DNA of 57,447 nt from a virus (taxonomy: Duplodnaviria; Caudoviricetes), in IMG/VR virus record IMGVR_UViG_3300009702_000029, positions 1 to 57,447 of that record; one strand, written 5' to 3'. A program made the position numbers and the translations under genes. Position 1 is the stretch's first letter. The number at the start of each line of letters is the position of its first letter. The notes under the pieces are model-generated. The model saw nothing but the letters and a program-made list of their open reading frames with translations, had not been told where the DNA came from and ran no database searches. Positions 29,501-38,895 of the stretch are shown here, piece after piece.

Positions 29501-30886
29501 TTTACTTTAGGACCCAATCAGACTTTAGTAGTTATTTTAGATGAAGACAGTGCCAACAAGACTTTTTCAATTGTAATGGATGTAAAAGGGACTGTTACTT
29601 CAGTTGGAGGTATTGGGAATTTTTCAGATTCAACTTTAGTAAGTAGATATACTTCAGATGATTATTTTAATGATTTCTGGGTTTATTGGACAAGTGGAGT
29701 TAATGAGGGGACCGTCCAGTTAATAACCAATTATACTCAAGTTTCTGGAACATTTACAACTTCAGATGTATTAGGAACGGCTGCTGCAGCAAGTGGCGGA
29801 GACTCATACGTAATAGTCCCAAGAACGGCAGAAAATGTGGTCAAACTTCTTGAAGATTTTAATACAACAACCTTCTCTATTGTTGGAACTCCAGAAGTCA
29901 CACAAATAACAGGCGACTTTGTACAACTATCCACTAAAACTCCAGGATCTGAAGGTAAAGTATTTCTAACTGGGGGAACGGCCAATAGTATAGGGATCGC
30001 AATTCAAAGTATCCCAGCAGGAGCACCAGTTAATGATGTATCACTCAATAGTATAGCAGGGCTCTCTAAAGGGTTACTTACTTCTCTTACAGTAGATGGG
30101 GATGTGACTACAGCAGATACTTCAGCACCTTATGATACTTTTAGATCAACAATAATGATTACAACTTTTATTAATTATTTCAACGGAATGGAGATTGAAT
30201 TTTTAACTGGAGGAAATGCTGGATTTTCAACCACAATATCAAGTTATGATAATACAACTGGAGAGATTGTATTGGCAACAGCTGCAGCAAATGCTATCAA
30301 TCTAACAGATACATTTAGAATTTCAACTCCTGCATATGTAAGTAATATCGTAGGAACTGCCGCCCCCTTTACTGTAGAATTTATAGATCTCACTGAAGTT
30401 GTAATTGATGTATCAGGATTTACAGCAGAACGAAATGGAACAGTTAGAGATCGAAATGGTTTAAATTTTAGTACTTTGCAAGTAGAAGGCGTGGATGGGT
30501 ATAAGTATTTTACAGGATTAATTCAAAGAACCCAATGGACTATTGATGGATTAGATAGAGATTCTTCTAATTTTCCCGGAATTGGAGCAGCAGGAACTCA
30601 ATTTGAGGTATTACCTCCAGTTTTAGTTAAACTTGATTTAGTAGTAAATGTAACAACTCAACAAGGAGTTAGTTTAAGTGCCGTTAGTGGAGATGTAAGT
30701 AATGCAATTCTTGAATACATAAATTCTCTTGGAGTTGGAGAAGATGTAGTTCTTTCAGAGATTGTATGTGCAGCATTAGGAATTACTGGAGTAATTGACG
30801 CGGAAGTTCAAAATATTTCAGAAAATGTAGTGATTCAAGATGGTGAATTGGCAAGATTAGATGCTAACCAATTAATTATAGGATAA
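26528..30886 (+). CDS. Baseplate J-like (gp6-like) wedge protein with a very large multi-domain insertion
   Basis: DF..GSV..TLLE, GDLD.RA.EYGL.R, GRDEETD..LR.R, SLSRGT; C-terminal YIN.LGVGEDV..SEI; probable ATG 26528. Confidence 0.85.
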   Translation: MAQLELKSLQQLVTAMVAKMSAETPLSDFNDGSVSLTLLETAAVEDFQQYVQMLNIIRNYNLDTTEEGDLDKRAAEYGLTRLQPLSHSGLVNIGDSRFTKISTKIYAGLPGPTAGSTVVNVDDASGFPSTGSIYLGRGTTNSEGPITYSAAPIDNTSFWTITLDVALVNDHGTDETIVLSQFGDRVITAGTEVEIPENDVSDQVLFEINQTFTILDGEDLVENVLVTALDPGGFSVPAKSIVTFPNIPFLGATVSNPLPFVNGRDEETDQKLRDRIRRTIQSLSRGTKESIANGIIGLINEETNQSVVSASIIPPVILADGPTQVFIDNGRGLEPTLAATGLESILSTATGGEQFFQLENFPIAKANLISQNIQPFALSGTETLIFKVGTNEETFTFLATDFDIPGKAAATEISEAINNRSVLIEARTITDADGSKVIVNPRTSSNENLIIDSASTANIVMNFSTKEVATLKLYKDDKLLIKDGLTASVLSEAQPFNMTTTSVATTDGDITVTAASRIITKTVAGSEPLKQFIHPGDYVKFDADADTAFVKVRTVVSDTKIILEEAYSSSGGGLGDIIIWNSPQLEIAANGDIEETEIVSFGPNDFANEAQALASEVLVRIQLEVQLSKSELAVNNTKVKIISEKENSSNSKMQIAGGAGALAMGFCSVSSLTGTISAVGGDKIISGTGTLFLTELQEGQWIKADADGNGSWTKIESIEDNTTLYLTEGYRGKDRTTVVASLTSFGVLAEGADKDYILNRSNGQIELNDPLVAGDSLTAGSVNTRAFVDSLPETYDFDSLGATSDLIVCVDGGFKGTVTTGDAVAPYENFFDSSIINFGTNFFVGFYLEWITGNNIGDTSFVSAYNTTTGEFTTVTNFTNPIVAGDKFIMCQIIDFVNASDFADSKNATVQEVIDAVNAQILGGKAEILTINNSIRVRTSNFAEEGAIQIKGGTANPILGFSELQQTNQLTNIANIVSQNSDRNGNPAALGFTLGPNQTLVVILDEDSANKTFSIVMDVKGTVTSVGGIGNFSDSTLVSRYTSDDYFNDFWVYWTSGVNEGTVQLITNYTQVSGTFTTSDVLGTAAAASGGDSYVIVPRTAENVVKLLEDFNTTTFSIVGTPEVTQITGDFVQLSTKTPGSEGKVFLTGGTANSIGIAIQSIPAGAPVNDVSLNSIAGLSKGLLTSLTVDGDVTTADTSAPYDTFRSTIMITTFINYFNGMEIEFLTGGNAGFSTTISSYDNTTGEIVLATAAANAINLTDTFRISTPAYVSNIVGTAAPFTVEFIDLTEVVIDVSGFTAERNGTVRDRNGLNFSTLQVEGVDGYKYFTGLIQRTQWTIDGLDRDSSNFPGIGAAGTQFEVLPPVLVKLDLVVNVTTQQGVSLSAVSGDVSNAILEYINSLGVGEDVVLSEIVCAALGITGVIDAEVQNISENVVIQDGELARLDANQLIIG

Positions 30887-30889
30887 TAA

Positions 30890-32782
30890 ATGGCAGCAGA
30901 TAAATTTCAAAGAATGGTCAGAAATATGCCATCGTTTTATAAAAGCGAAACGAATACTATGATTCGAGGGCTACTTAAAGCTTGGGCAGTATCAGATGAC
31001 GAAATTGAAATTCAATTAAAAAATACTAAAGATCAATTATTTGTTCAAACTGCAGAAGGTCGTAATTTAGATCGTTTAGGAAGTAATGTAGGCGTGGATC
31101 GAGCACCCGAGTTGGGTATTGATGATTCCGATTTTCAAGAATTAATTCCAGTTCTTTCATTTTTTCCAAAACAAGTACGTAAAACTGTTATTGCACTTTT
31201 AGATGTATTCTGGGGACCGGGATTTACAAGACCAAATATAAATAGCGGAAATACCGAAACTTATAATTTTGGACCATCTTCATTAGCCGGAGGCACTGCC
31301 ATCTTTAAGAAAGATAGTAAGACTATAAAAGGCACTGGAACAACCTTTACCACATCGATAATTCCGGGTAATTATATAAAACCTTCAGGAACTACGGGAG
31401 ATAATTATCAAAAAGTATCTGCTGTAATAGATGATACAACTTTAGTTTTATCATTACCTTGGAAAAATAATACCGCAGTAGGAGCCATTGTTGAAATTGG
31501 TGTAACCCGAGAACTTGAATATAGTGCAGATGGCAAGGAAGCCACCATTATAAGATTTATACCAAATGCCTTTCAGAATTTAACAGCTGTAACTATCCAG
31601 GAAATTATAGATTTTATAAATTCTCAAGCAGAACATAACGTATCTATCGCAGCTTCAAAATTCTTAGACCCTATTGTTGGCCCCAAGCTCAATCTTAGAA
31701 CTAATACACCAGGACTTCAGGGATCTATTCAAATTTTAGGAGGAGATGCAAATGATCCAACTCGATTAAATTTTTCCACCAATGAAGAATCAGACACTCG
31801 TGCAAAGGTAATTGAAACAAATCCGAATGAAGTTGTAGTACAGATTCCTTCTTCTGTGCCAGTTCTTAGAAGGAATTTAAGTGGTTCTGTACATCCTAGA
31901 CAAACTAAAACAGCCATTACTTCAGATCAAGAAGTATTTGATTTTAGTGGCTTAGGAGCTTCTTCTACTCTTGAAATAACAATTGACAGTTCACCATATA
32001 CTATAACCTTTACACATGCAACAGATTTTGCAAATTCTGCAGCAGCTACTTCAGAAGAGGTCGCTAAACAGGTCAATGATCAGCTTACATTTCTTCAAGC
32101 TAGAACTTCTTGTACTGAGGGAGATATTAAACGAGTAGAGCTTAGAACTACAGAAGGAAGCTCTCAATATCAAGTTACAGGAGGCACCGCAAATGGAATT
32201 TTGAACTTTGATACTGCATTGCAACAAGATCCTGATTTAATAGATATAGGATTTCCTTCCTCTTATATTTTTGACCCTATAGGTCAATTATTTACAGTTA
32301 CAAAGGTTAATTCAGAACTTGCTGTAGCTATTTCTGCAGGTTCCGTGCAAGCTTCAATTACACTAAATGATGCATCAATTTTTTCAAATCTTCCAGGAAA
32401 TCTATTATTTGATTTTGGAAGATCAACTCAGGAAGGGCCAGTATCTTATACTTCTCGTCCGAATAATTCAACACTCCTAATTGATGCAAGTCATATTTTT
32501 CAAAATGATCATGGAATTGGACGTAAAGTAAACTTCATATCGAATAATGCCACAATACCTAGATTGACAGGTGAAGATTATCCGGTATATATCACAGGAA
32601 CAGAGGAAGCTCGTGTGGCGGCACAAGGTCTTATTCGTCAACTTTTGGCGGCAGGAGTTGTGATTAGATTTTTGATAGATTTTCCAGAATTTCTATTTGA
32701 ATGTACTTGTAGAGGATGTGGTCCTTCTGAGGACCCAAATCAGAGAGGGTCCCTCACAGGTCAAGGTCCTCTGGTTTTTTAA
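30890..32782 (+). CDS. Baseplate wedge protein (gpI/gp7-like)
   Basis: TAEG..LD.LG...GV.R N-terminal motif; C-terminal AAGV; follows baseplate J. Confidence 0.7.
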   Translation: MAADKFQRMVRNMPSFYKSETNTMIRGLLKAWAVSDDEIEIQLKNTKDQLFVQTAEGRNLDRLGSNVGVDRAPELGIDDSDFQELIPVLSFFPKQVRKTVIALLDVFWGPGFTRPNINSGNTETYNFGPSSLAGGTAIFKKDSKTIKGTGTTFTTSIIPGNYIKPSGTTGDNYQKVSAVIDDTTLVLSLPWKNNTAVGAIVEIGVTRELEYSADGKEATIIRFIPNAFQNLTAVTIQEIIDFINSQAEHNVSIAASKFLDPIVGPKLNLRTNTPGLQGSIQILGGDANDPTRLNFSTNEESDTRAKVIETNPNEVVVQIPSSVPVLRRNLSGSVHPRQTKTAITSDQEVFDFSGLGASSTLEITIDSSPYTITFTHATDFANSAAATSEEVAKQVNDQLTFLQARTSCTEGDIKRVELRTTEGSSQYQVTGGTANGILNFDTALQQDPDLIDIGFPSSYIFDPIGQLFTVTKVNSELAVAISAGSVQASITLNDASIFSNLPGNLLFDFGRSTQEGPVSYTSRPNNSTLLIDASHIFQNDHGIGRKVNFISNNATIPRLTGEDYPVYITGTEEARVAAQGLIRQLLAAGVVIRFLIDFPEFLFECTCRGCGPSEDPNQRGSLTGQGPLVF

Positions 32783-32800
32783 GAAAGCTATTGCTATATA

Positions 32801-32809
32801 TGATAAAAT
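32801..32809 (+). promoter_or_regulatory. Extended -10 promoter TGATAAAAT
   Basis: Intergenic copy of the recurrent motif ahead of the tail fibre genes. Confidence 0.55.
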
Positions 32810-32842
32810 TAGCTTATAATAAGAAGAATAAAAGGATAATAA

Positions 32843-35800
32843 ATGGCACTTTTACAACGCACAAGAATTCTTCCTAATCAGCGTATTGATCTCCCAGATT
32901 ATAATAATATCGAAGATTTCATATGTGCGGACTTTAAAGCAATTCATAAGAATATTTGGACTGGCAATAATTTTGTTTTCTCAGGATTTAAGGCAACTGG
33001 AACCGGAACTACTGATCTAGCTATAGAATTGGCAGGTTCTAGTGCAGTTATTGGAGAAGATAGTGGAGTCGTGTATATTGGTGCGCCTTCGTTAGCTGCG
33101 TTATCTACCTCAGCTCTTACTCCTTCTTCAACTAATTTTATTGAAATATTTATCGAGCAGGATACTGGTGGAGCAGACTCTAGAGCATTTTGGGATCAAA
33201 CCGCAGCCGGAGGAGCAGGTGGCGAGTTCTCTCAAATTATTGATACTTTTATCTTCTTAAAAGCTACTTTTGCAATTAATACTTCAAATTTTACTGGTGA
33301 TGCAGATAAACTTCCATTATGTGAAGTTGATGTAAATGTCTCAGGTGTAATTACAGCAATTCGTGATAGTCGAAATATGTTTTGGAGATTAGGTCGCAGA
33401 GGCGATGCAACTTTTAATTTTCCCTGGTCCTCACGAGTAGAACCCGCCAATACCGCTTTTATAGGTGCAGACAAAGATATTGGAACATTTAAAGAATGGA
33501 CTGATGCGATCATGTCTTCAATCAAGGAGATTAAAGGGTCTACTTATTGGTTTGAAGCTGTTCCAATTACACTTCCTGGTACATTTGTCAATGCTGCATT
33601 AAGTACAATTGCGCCTGTTACTTCTGGAGCTAGAATTGAATGGGATGGAAGTAATCTTCGAATTACAGATGATAATCTTACTCCTGCTACAGCAGATCGA
33701 GTAGCCGCTATTCGAGCTTTAAATGATATTGCAAATATTTATTTAACTCGTCAAGATGATGGTAAAGAAGTTGTAACTATTACATTAGATGCAGTAGCTG
33801 ATGCAGGAATTTTAACTTTAGATGCCAATGGAAATTCCGTTGCCATTAATTGGAACGATAATACCGCCGCAATTCAATCTACTTGGAATGGATCAGGAGC
33901 TGCAGCAGCAACTATTGCTGGAAGTGTTGCTGAACAAAAGATCACAATTACTTTTAATACAGCAGCCAACCAAGTTGATGTATTCAAAAATACAACGACT
34001 CTTACCAAAAATACAGTTGCAGTGATTGAGACGATCTCAATTAAACAAGGCCAAGCATCAGATAATAGTATTCCTATCAATGATGGCGAAGCTCTTTGGG
34101 TAGAATTACCCGATCCTCTTGCAGATCAAGATTATACAGCAGTAGGTATTCTACAATCTAATTACAGAGTTTCGGCACGCGGAAGTGTCCCTCTTAATGA
34201 TACAACTTATTGGATTTGTTATCGTGAAGGAACTAAGTTAATCTTGAGAGATACGGGAGAATTAGAATCTGGTGAAGTTCAACAATTTGGAGATCAATTC
34301 AGTCAAGCTTTAAAAACATATATTGGAGCCACAGATGAATCTGATGATTCCCCAAATTATGATTCAGCTGATATTGTAACACAAGGCGGCCCTCTTAATA
34401 AAGCTATTGGAGAATTAGATGCAGCTGTATCTGAAAATATCTCAGATAATAATCAAGATCGAAATCTAAAATTAGTCGGAGGTGGAATCTGGGCATGGGA
34501 TTCAGGAACTGGAAATCTTTCTTTTACCACTGATGCTTATATTCAAATTCCTGGAATATCTAATGTAAGAAATACCATACAACAATCCTCTCAATCACCA
34601 ATTAATTTAGCATCTGATGGAGACGTTGCGTATGTTACAGTAAATCGCACAACTGGAGGTGCCACAAACTTAACTGTATCTACTTCCGCTATTGCATCTT
34701 TGACTCCAGGAAAAGACACAGCTATCATAGCAAGACGTATTGGAACTGAAGTTATTGTAGGAACCCATTCATTCAATCTTATTAATGGGGAATCAAAAGA
34801 GCTTGATTCTGGACTTTCTATTCAAAACCGAGCATTTATAGGAAATAGCATCACCGAAGCCACAAGTCAACCTACCTATTCTTCGGACATTCGTGGAACC
34901 GCCAGTGAGAATCTTGAAACTCGAATTGGAAACCTAACTGATGCAGCTGGAGATTATCAAGAAGATCGATCTACTTTTATGCGATCAGATTCTGAGATTA
35001 CATGGACTGGAACTCAAATCACTTTCTCAAGTGATATTGTGATTGAGATTCTCAATACCAAAAGTGGAGTTTCATCACAGCATACTATACTATCTTCTAA
35101 TAGTCCGGTATCTCTAAATAATCAAGAAAGCGCATGGGTTTTAATTGATCGAACACAGACAATTGAGAATCTGACTGTAAATCTTTCCGATTCTACAGCA
35201 ATTCCTGCTCAAACGCAGGCCAATAAAGATGTCATCGTATTATTCAGAAGAATGGATGCTAATGGATTTGCATATCTTCATCTTCCATTCATGAAGCAAC
35301 TTTTAGAACCATCTCAGAAAGTTAGACTTGGAGCAAGTGGGGGAATTACTGTAACTCCCTTTTCAATGTTGGATAATCAAGTATCTGCTGCTAATGTAAC
35401 GGGCATAGTCGTGCCCTCAACTGCTAATGCTTTTAAAGCTGAAATCAGTATTAAAAGACAACAGACTGCAGCTGGATTTGAGTTGGCTGATTTTTATACA
35501 AATTTAGGAACTGCATTTGATGGAACAGTTAACATAGTTTTGGCTCAATCTAACGACGATACTCTAGTTGGAGGCGGATTTACAACTTTAAATGGAAATA
35601 CTAGAAATCGTTTAGTTAGACTAAATTCAGATGGCACTGAGGATACTGCATTTTATGCTAATCTTGGAACTGGATTCAATGGAACTATCTTCGCTGCAGC
35701 ACAGCAATCCAGTGATAGTAAGCTCCTTCTCGGGGGTGGATTTACGACTTTGGGAGCAAATACCAGAAACTATTTAGTTCGATTAAATTTAGATGGAACA

Positions 35801-36793
35801 GAAGATAGCGCGTTCTATACTAATTTAGGAACTGGATTTAATGGGAATCTTGATACAATTGCAATTCAATCAGATGGAAAAATCCTTACTTGCGGATCTT
35901 TCACAACTTTAAATGGAAATACCAGAAATCATTTAGTTAGACTAAACTCAGATGGCACGGAGGATACTGCGTTCTATACTAATTTAGGAACAGGGTTTTC
36001 AACCCATCCCACAGAGATTTCCGTGCAGACCGACGGCAAGATAGTGGTCGGTGGTACTTTCAATACTTTGAATGGAAATATTAGAAATCGTTTAGTTAGA
36101 CTAAATTCAGATGGCACTGAGGATACTGTATTCTATACTAATTTAGGAACTGGTTTCAATGGAGGAGTTCAAGCGGTCAAAGTTCAGACTGATGGTAAGA
36201 TAGTTGTGACTGGAGATTTTACTGATCTGAATGGAAATGCTAGATCTCGAATTGTTCGTTTAAATTCAGATGGCACTGAGGATACTGCGTTCTATACAAA
36301 TCTAGGAACAGGAATTAATGCAGCTGCCACAAATATTTATGAACAAAATACAGGAAAACTTATAATCTCAGGATCATTTAGTACAATTAATGGAAATAGT
36401 CGTGTATCACTTGCAAGACTTAATTCTGATGGAACTGAGGATTCTACATTTTATACAAATCTAGGAACATCCTTTAATGCTGCAGTAAATAGTGTTGCAG
36501 AACTTTCAGATGGAAGTTTAGTTGTTGGCGGGTCATATACTTTATTTAATTCAAATATTCGAAATAGACTTGTTCAATTATATGGAGATATTGATTTAAT
36601 TGAACAGAGAACCTTACGTGGAATTTATCGATCATCTCCAAATCAATGGGATTTGGGAGCTGAGGTTTTCTTGGGAGATGATACTGGAGTCAACTTTAGT
36701 ATGACATCTTCCGGTCAACTTCAATATACTAGCACAGATCTTCCAGGAACTGTCACTGACTTTACTGCAAAATTTGCAATATTTAAACTTTAA
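32843..36793 (+). CDS. Tail fibre/receptor-binding protein with Delta-60-type repeat propeller
   Basis: 1316 aa after the baseplate; seven ~53-aa repeats FY(T/A)NLGT.FNG....Q.DGKI.VGG.F..LNG..R...RLNSDGTED. Confidence 0.8.
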   Translation: MALLQRTRILPNQRIDLPDYNNIEDFICADFKAIHKNIWTGNNFVFSGFKATGTGTTDLAIELAGSSAVIGEDSGVVYIGAPSLAALSTSALTPSSTNFIEIFIEQDTGGADSRAFWDQTAAGGAGGEFSQIIDTFIFLKATFAINTSNFTGDADKLPLCEVDVNVSGVITAIRDSRNMFWRLGRRGDATFNFPWSSRVEPANTAFIGADKDIGTFKEWTDAIMSSIKEIKGSTYWFEAVPITLPGTFVNAALSTIAPVTSGARIEWDGSNLRITDDNLTPATADRVAAIRALNDIANIYLTRQDDGKEVVTITLDAVADAGILTLDANGNSVAINWNDNTAAIQSTWNGSGAAAATIAGSVAEQKITITFNTAANQVDVFKNTTTLTKNTVAVIETISIKQGQASDNSIPINDGEALWVELPDPLADQDYTAVGILQSNYRVSARGSVPLNDTTYWICYREGTKLILRDTGELESGEVQQFGDQFSQALKTYIGATDESDDSPNYDSADIVTQGGPLNKAIGELDAAVSENISDNNQDRNLKLVGGGIWAWDSGTGNLSFTTDAYIQIPGISNVRNTIQQSSQSPINLASDGDVAYVTVNRTTGGATNLTVSTSAIASLTPGKDTAIIARRIGTEVIVGTHSFNLINGESKELDSGLSIQNRAFIGNSITEATSQPTYSSDIRGTASENLETRIGNLTDAAGDYQEDRSTFMRSDSEITWTGTQITFSSDIVIEILNTKSGVSSQHTILSSNSPVSLNNQESAWVLIDRTQTIENLTVNLSDSTAIPAQTQANKDVIVLFRRMDANGFAYLHLPFMKQLLEPSQKVRLGASGGITVTPFSMLDNQVSAANVTGIVVPSTANAFKAEISIKRQQTAAGFELADFYTNLGTAFDGTVNIVLAQSNDDTLVGGGFTTLNGNTRNRLVRLNSDGTEDTAFYANLGTGFNGTIFAAAQQSSDSKLLLGGGFTTLGANTRNYLVRLNLDGTEDSAFYTNLGTGFNGNLDTIAIQSDGKILTCGSFTTLNGNTRNHLVRLNSDGTEDTAFYTNLGTGFSTHPTEISVQTDGKIVVGGTFNTLNGNIRNRLVRLNSDGTEDTVFYTNLGTGFNGGVQAVKVQTDGKIVVTGDFTDLNGNARSRIVRLNSDGTEDTAFYTNLGTGINAAATNIYEQNTGKLIISGSFSTINGNSRVSLARLNSDGTEDSTFYTNLGTSFNAAVNSVAELSDGSLVVGGSYTLFNSNIRNRLVQLYGDIDLIEQRTLRGIYRSSPNQWDLGAEVFLGDDTGVNFSMTSSGQLQYTSTDLPGTVTDFTAKFAIFKL
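35491..36580 (+). repeat. Seven ~159-bp tandem coding repeats (Delta-60-type)
   Basis: Near-identical DNA blocks such as TTAGTTAGACTAAATTCAGATGGCACTGAGGATACTG recur with ~159-nt period. Confidence 0.85.
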
Positions 36794-36804
36794 TGGAGAG
36801 ATAG

Positions 36805-38883
36805 ATGTCTGATGATTCAATAAAAGTAAGAAAATCCATGATATTCGAGAAAAGTACTCCTGGGGCTAATGTCCAAGATGGTGAGATCTATCGTGATATT
36901 TCTGGAGATCTAATATTCCAAAATAAGGATAATACTGTTGTATTGTCTAATCCTACATTTGATTCTGGATTGGGAATAAATTATATTGCATTAACAGGTG
37001 GAAAAAATCATAATTTTGAATCAGGAGTAACCGGATATTCAGCATATGCAAATGCTGCTGCGGCTATTCCCGTTGATGGAACAGGCGGATCTCCAACAGT
37101 TACAATTACACAAAATTTAGCAGTTCCGTTAAGAGGATTAGCTGATGGCGTAATCACGAAGGATGCTGTCAATAGGCAAGGTGAGGGTATTAGTTATGAC
37201 TTCGCTATTGATGATGCAGATCACTCAAAACCATTAGTTATTTCCTTTGATTATTCTGTATCTGCTAATTTTGCAATTAATAGTGGAACTGCTGTAGATC
37301 CTTCAGATGTTATGGTTTATATCTATGATATTGATAATGCTACTTTGATCTACCCTTTATTGACTGGTCTTGATGGATCAGGTCGATTCGTATCATCATT
37401 TCAAGCATCAGCTAGTTCCACCAATTATAGATTATTATTTCATATTGCCACAGTTAATGCATTACCATGGACCATGAACATAGATAGTATTTCTATTGGT
37501 CCTAGTGCAGTAGTTTCATTAGATGGGCCAATAACTGATTGGGAAGATTTTACTCCAACAAGCACTTGGACTACTAATGCAACGCAAACAGGAAAGATGC
37601 GCAGAGTTGGCGATAGTTTTGAAGTAGATGGACATCTAACGTTGTCTGGTGCAACGAATGCATCAGAATTAATATTAGATCTTCCCGCTGGACTTACAAT
37701 TGATACGAATAAGATATCATCTACGACCACAAGAGAAGTAGTGCTAGGTACTTGTATAGTTGTTGGATCATCTGGGACAAATTACCCAGGAAAGATTTCT
37801 TATCTAACTTCAACTACACTTCTTCCTGTTATTTATGCAGAACAAGATGAAACAAATCATCGATCAAAAATAGATTCGATGAGTTCTATAACAAGTCGTC
37901 CAGAGCCCATTGGAGCTGGAGACGGCATCCATTATCGGTACAAAGTACCCATTCTTGGGTGGCAGTCGGGAAAGACAAGTGCTGTAGCTTTAGATAGTAA
38001 TAGACCAGTTGAGTTTTCAGCTTATCTGGCATCTCCACAAAGCATACCCGATATCACGACAACGACTGTTGTGTATGACACTGTTGTTAACGATAGTCAT
38101 GGAAATTACAACGCTTCAACTGGTGAATGGACAGTTCCTGTTAGTGGCAGATACGACATCAAAGCTGGAACAGGAATGGCGTCTGTGTCATGGACTGTTG
38201 GGAAACAATATACCGTCTATGCATCAGTTAATTCAGGTCCTAAAAGACGCTTAGTTAATAACATTCAATCTGCGACAGCTATAATCGCTAAATTTTTTAA
38301 TGGTTCAGTGTCCTTGGATCTTGTAGCAGGGGATATAGTTGAAATTCAGGTTTTTCATAACCAAGGCGGCGCAGTTAACACCCTTTCAGGTGAAAGTTTA
38401 TTATATGTTGCACTTGAAAAGACAGATACAGGATCTCCACTAGCTGCGTTGACTGAAAAGGTAGTAGCTAGATATGTTTCTAACTCTGGCCAGATCATGA
38501 CAAATGGCGTGGCGACTACTGTTTTATTCGAAAATAAACAAAAAGACACACATGGAATTTATAACATCTCAACTGGTGTGATAACTATCCCAGAAAATGG
38601 GGATTATTCTCTATCTGCAATTACACGAATCACAGGTGTAACTGCTAGTACGGGAGAAGTTGCATTATCTATTACAGATGGAAGTGATGTAACACAAGTT
38701 GATGGCCCACAATTTACTATCCCCAATTCAACTCAGGCATCTGCTAATATCCAAACAGTATTATATGATGCAAAAGCGGGTGATCAATTTAAAGTAAAAC
38801 TCTTTCATAATAATGGTGCAGATAGATCTTTATATTCTGTGTCGAATACTAGAAATAGTTTAAGTATTTTTAAAATAAATTAA
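36805..38883 (+). CDS. Tail fibre/receptor-binding protein with two C-terminal C1q/TNF-like domains
   Basis: FSAY....Q......V.YD....D..G.YN.STG.WT.P.SG.Y pattern occurs twice; GGAG RBS. Confidence 0.7.
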   Translation: MSDDSIKVRKSMIFEKSTPGANVQDGEIYRDISGDLIFQNKDNTVVLSNPTFDSGLGINYIALTGGKNHNFESGVTGYSAYANAAAAIPVDGTGGSPTVTITQNLAVPLRGLADGVITKDAVNRQGEGISYDFAIDDADHSKPLVISFDYSVSANFAINSGTAVDPSDVMVYIYDIDNATLIYPLLTGLDGSGRFVSSFQASASSTNYRLLFHIATVNALPWTMNIDSISIGPSAVVSLDGPITDWEDFTPTSTWTTNATQTGKMRRVGDSFEVDGHLTLSGATNASELILDLPAGLTIDTNKISSTTTREVVLGTCIVVGSSGTNYPGKISYLTSTTLLPVIYAEQDETNHRSKIDSMSSITSRPEPIGAGDGIHYRYKVPILGWQSGKTSAVALDSNRPVEFSAYLASPQSIPDITTTTVVYDTVVNDSHGNYNASTGEWTVPVSGRYDIKAGTGMASVSWTVGKQYTVYASVNSGPKRRLVNNIQSATAIIAKFFNGSVSLDLVAGDIVEIQVFHNQGGAVNTLSGESLLYVALEKTDTGSPLAALTEKVVARYVSNSGQIMTNGVATTVLFENKQKDTHGIYNISTGVITIPENGDYSLSAITRITGVTASTGEVALSITDGSDVTQVDGPQFTIPNSTQASANIQTVLYDAKAGDQFKVKLFHNNGADRSLYSVSNTRNSLSIFKIN

Positions 38884-38895
38884 AAATCAAGAGAT

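Noticed and set aside
35491-36580. CRISPR array or diversity-generating retroelement
   Set aside because: Repeats are in-frame coding units without unique spacers; no reverse transcriptase in the window and no evident adenine-specific TR/VR pair.
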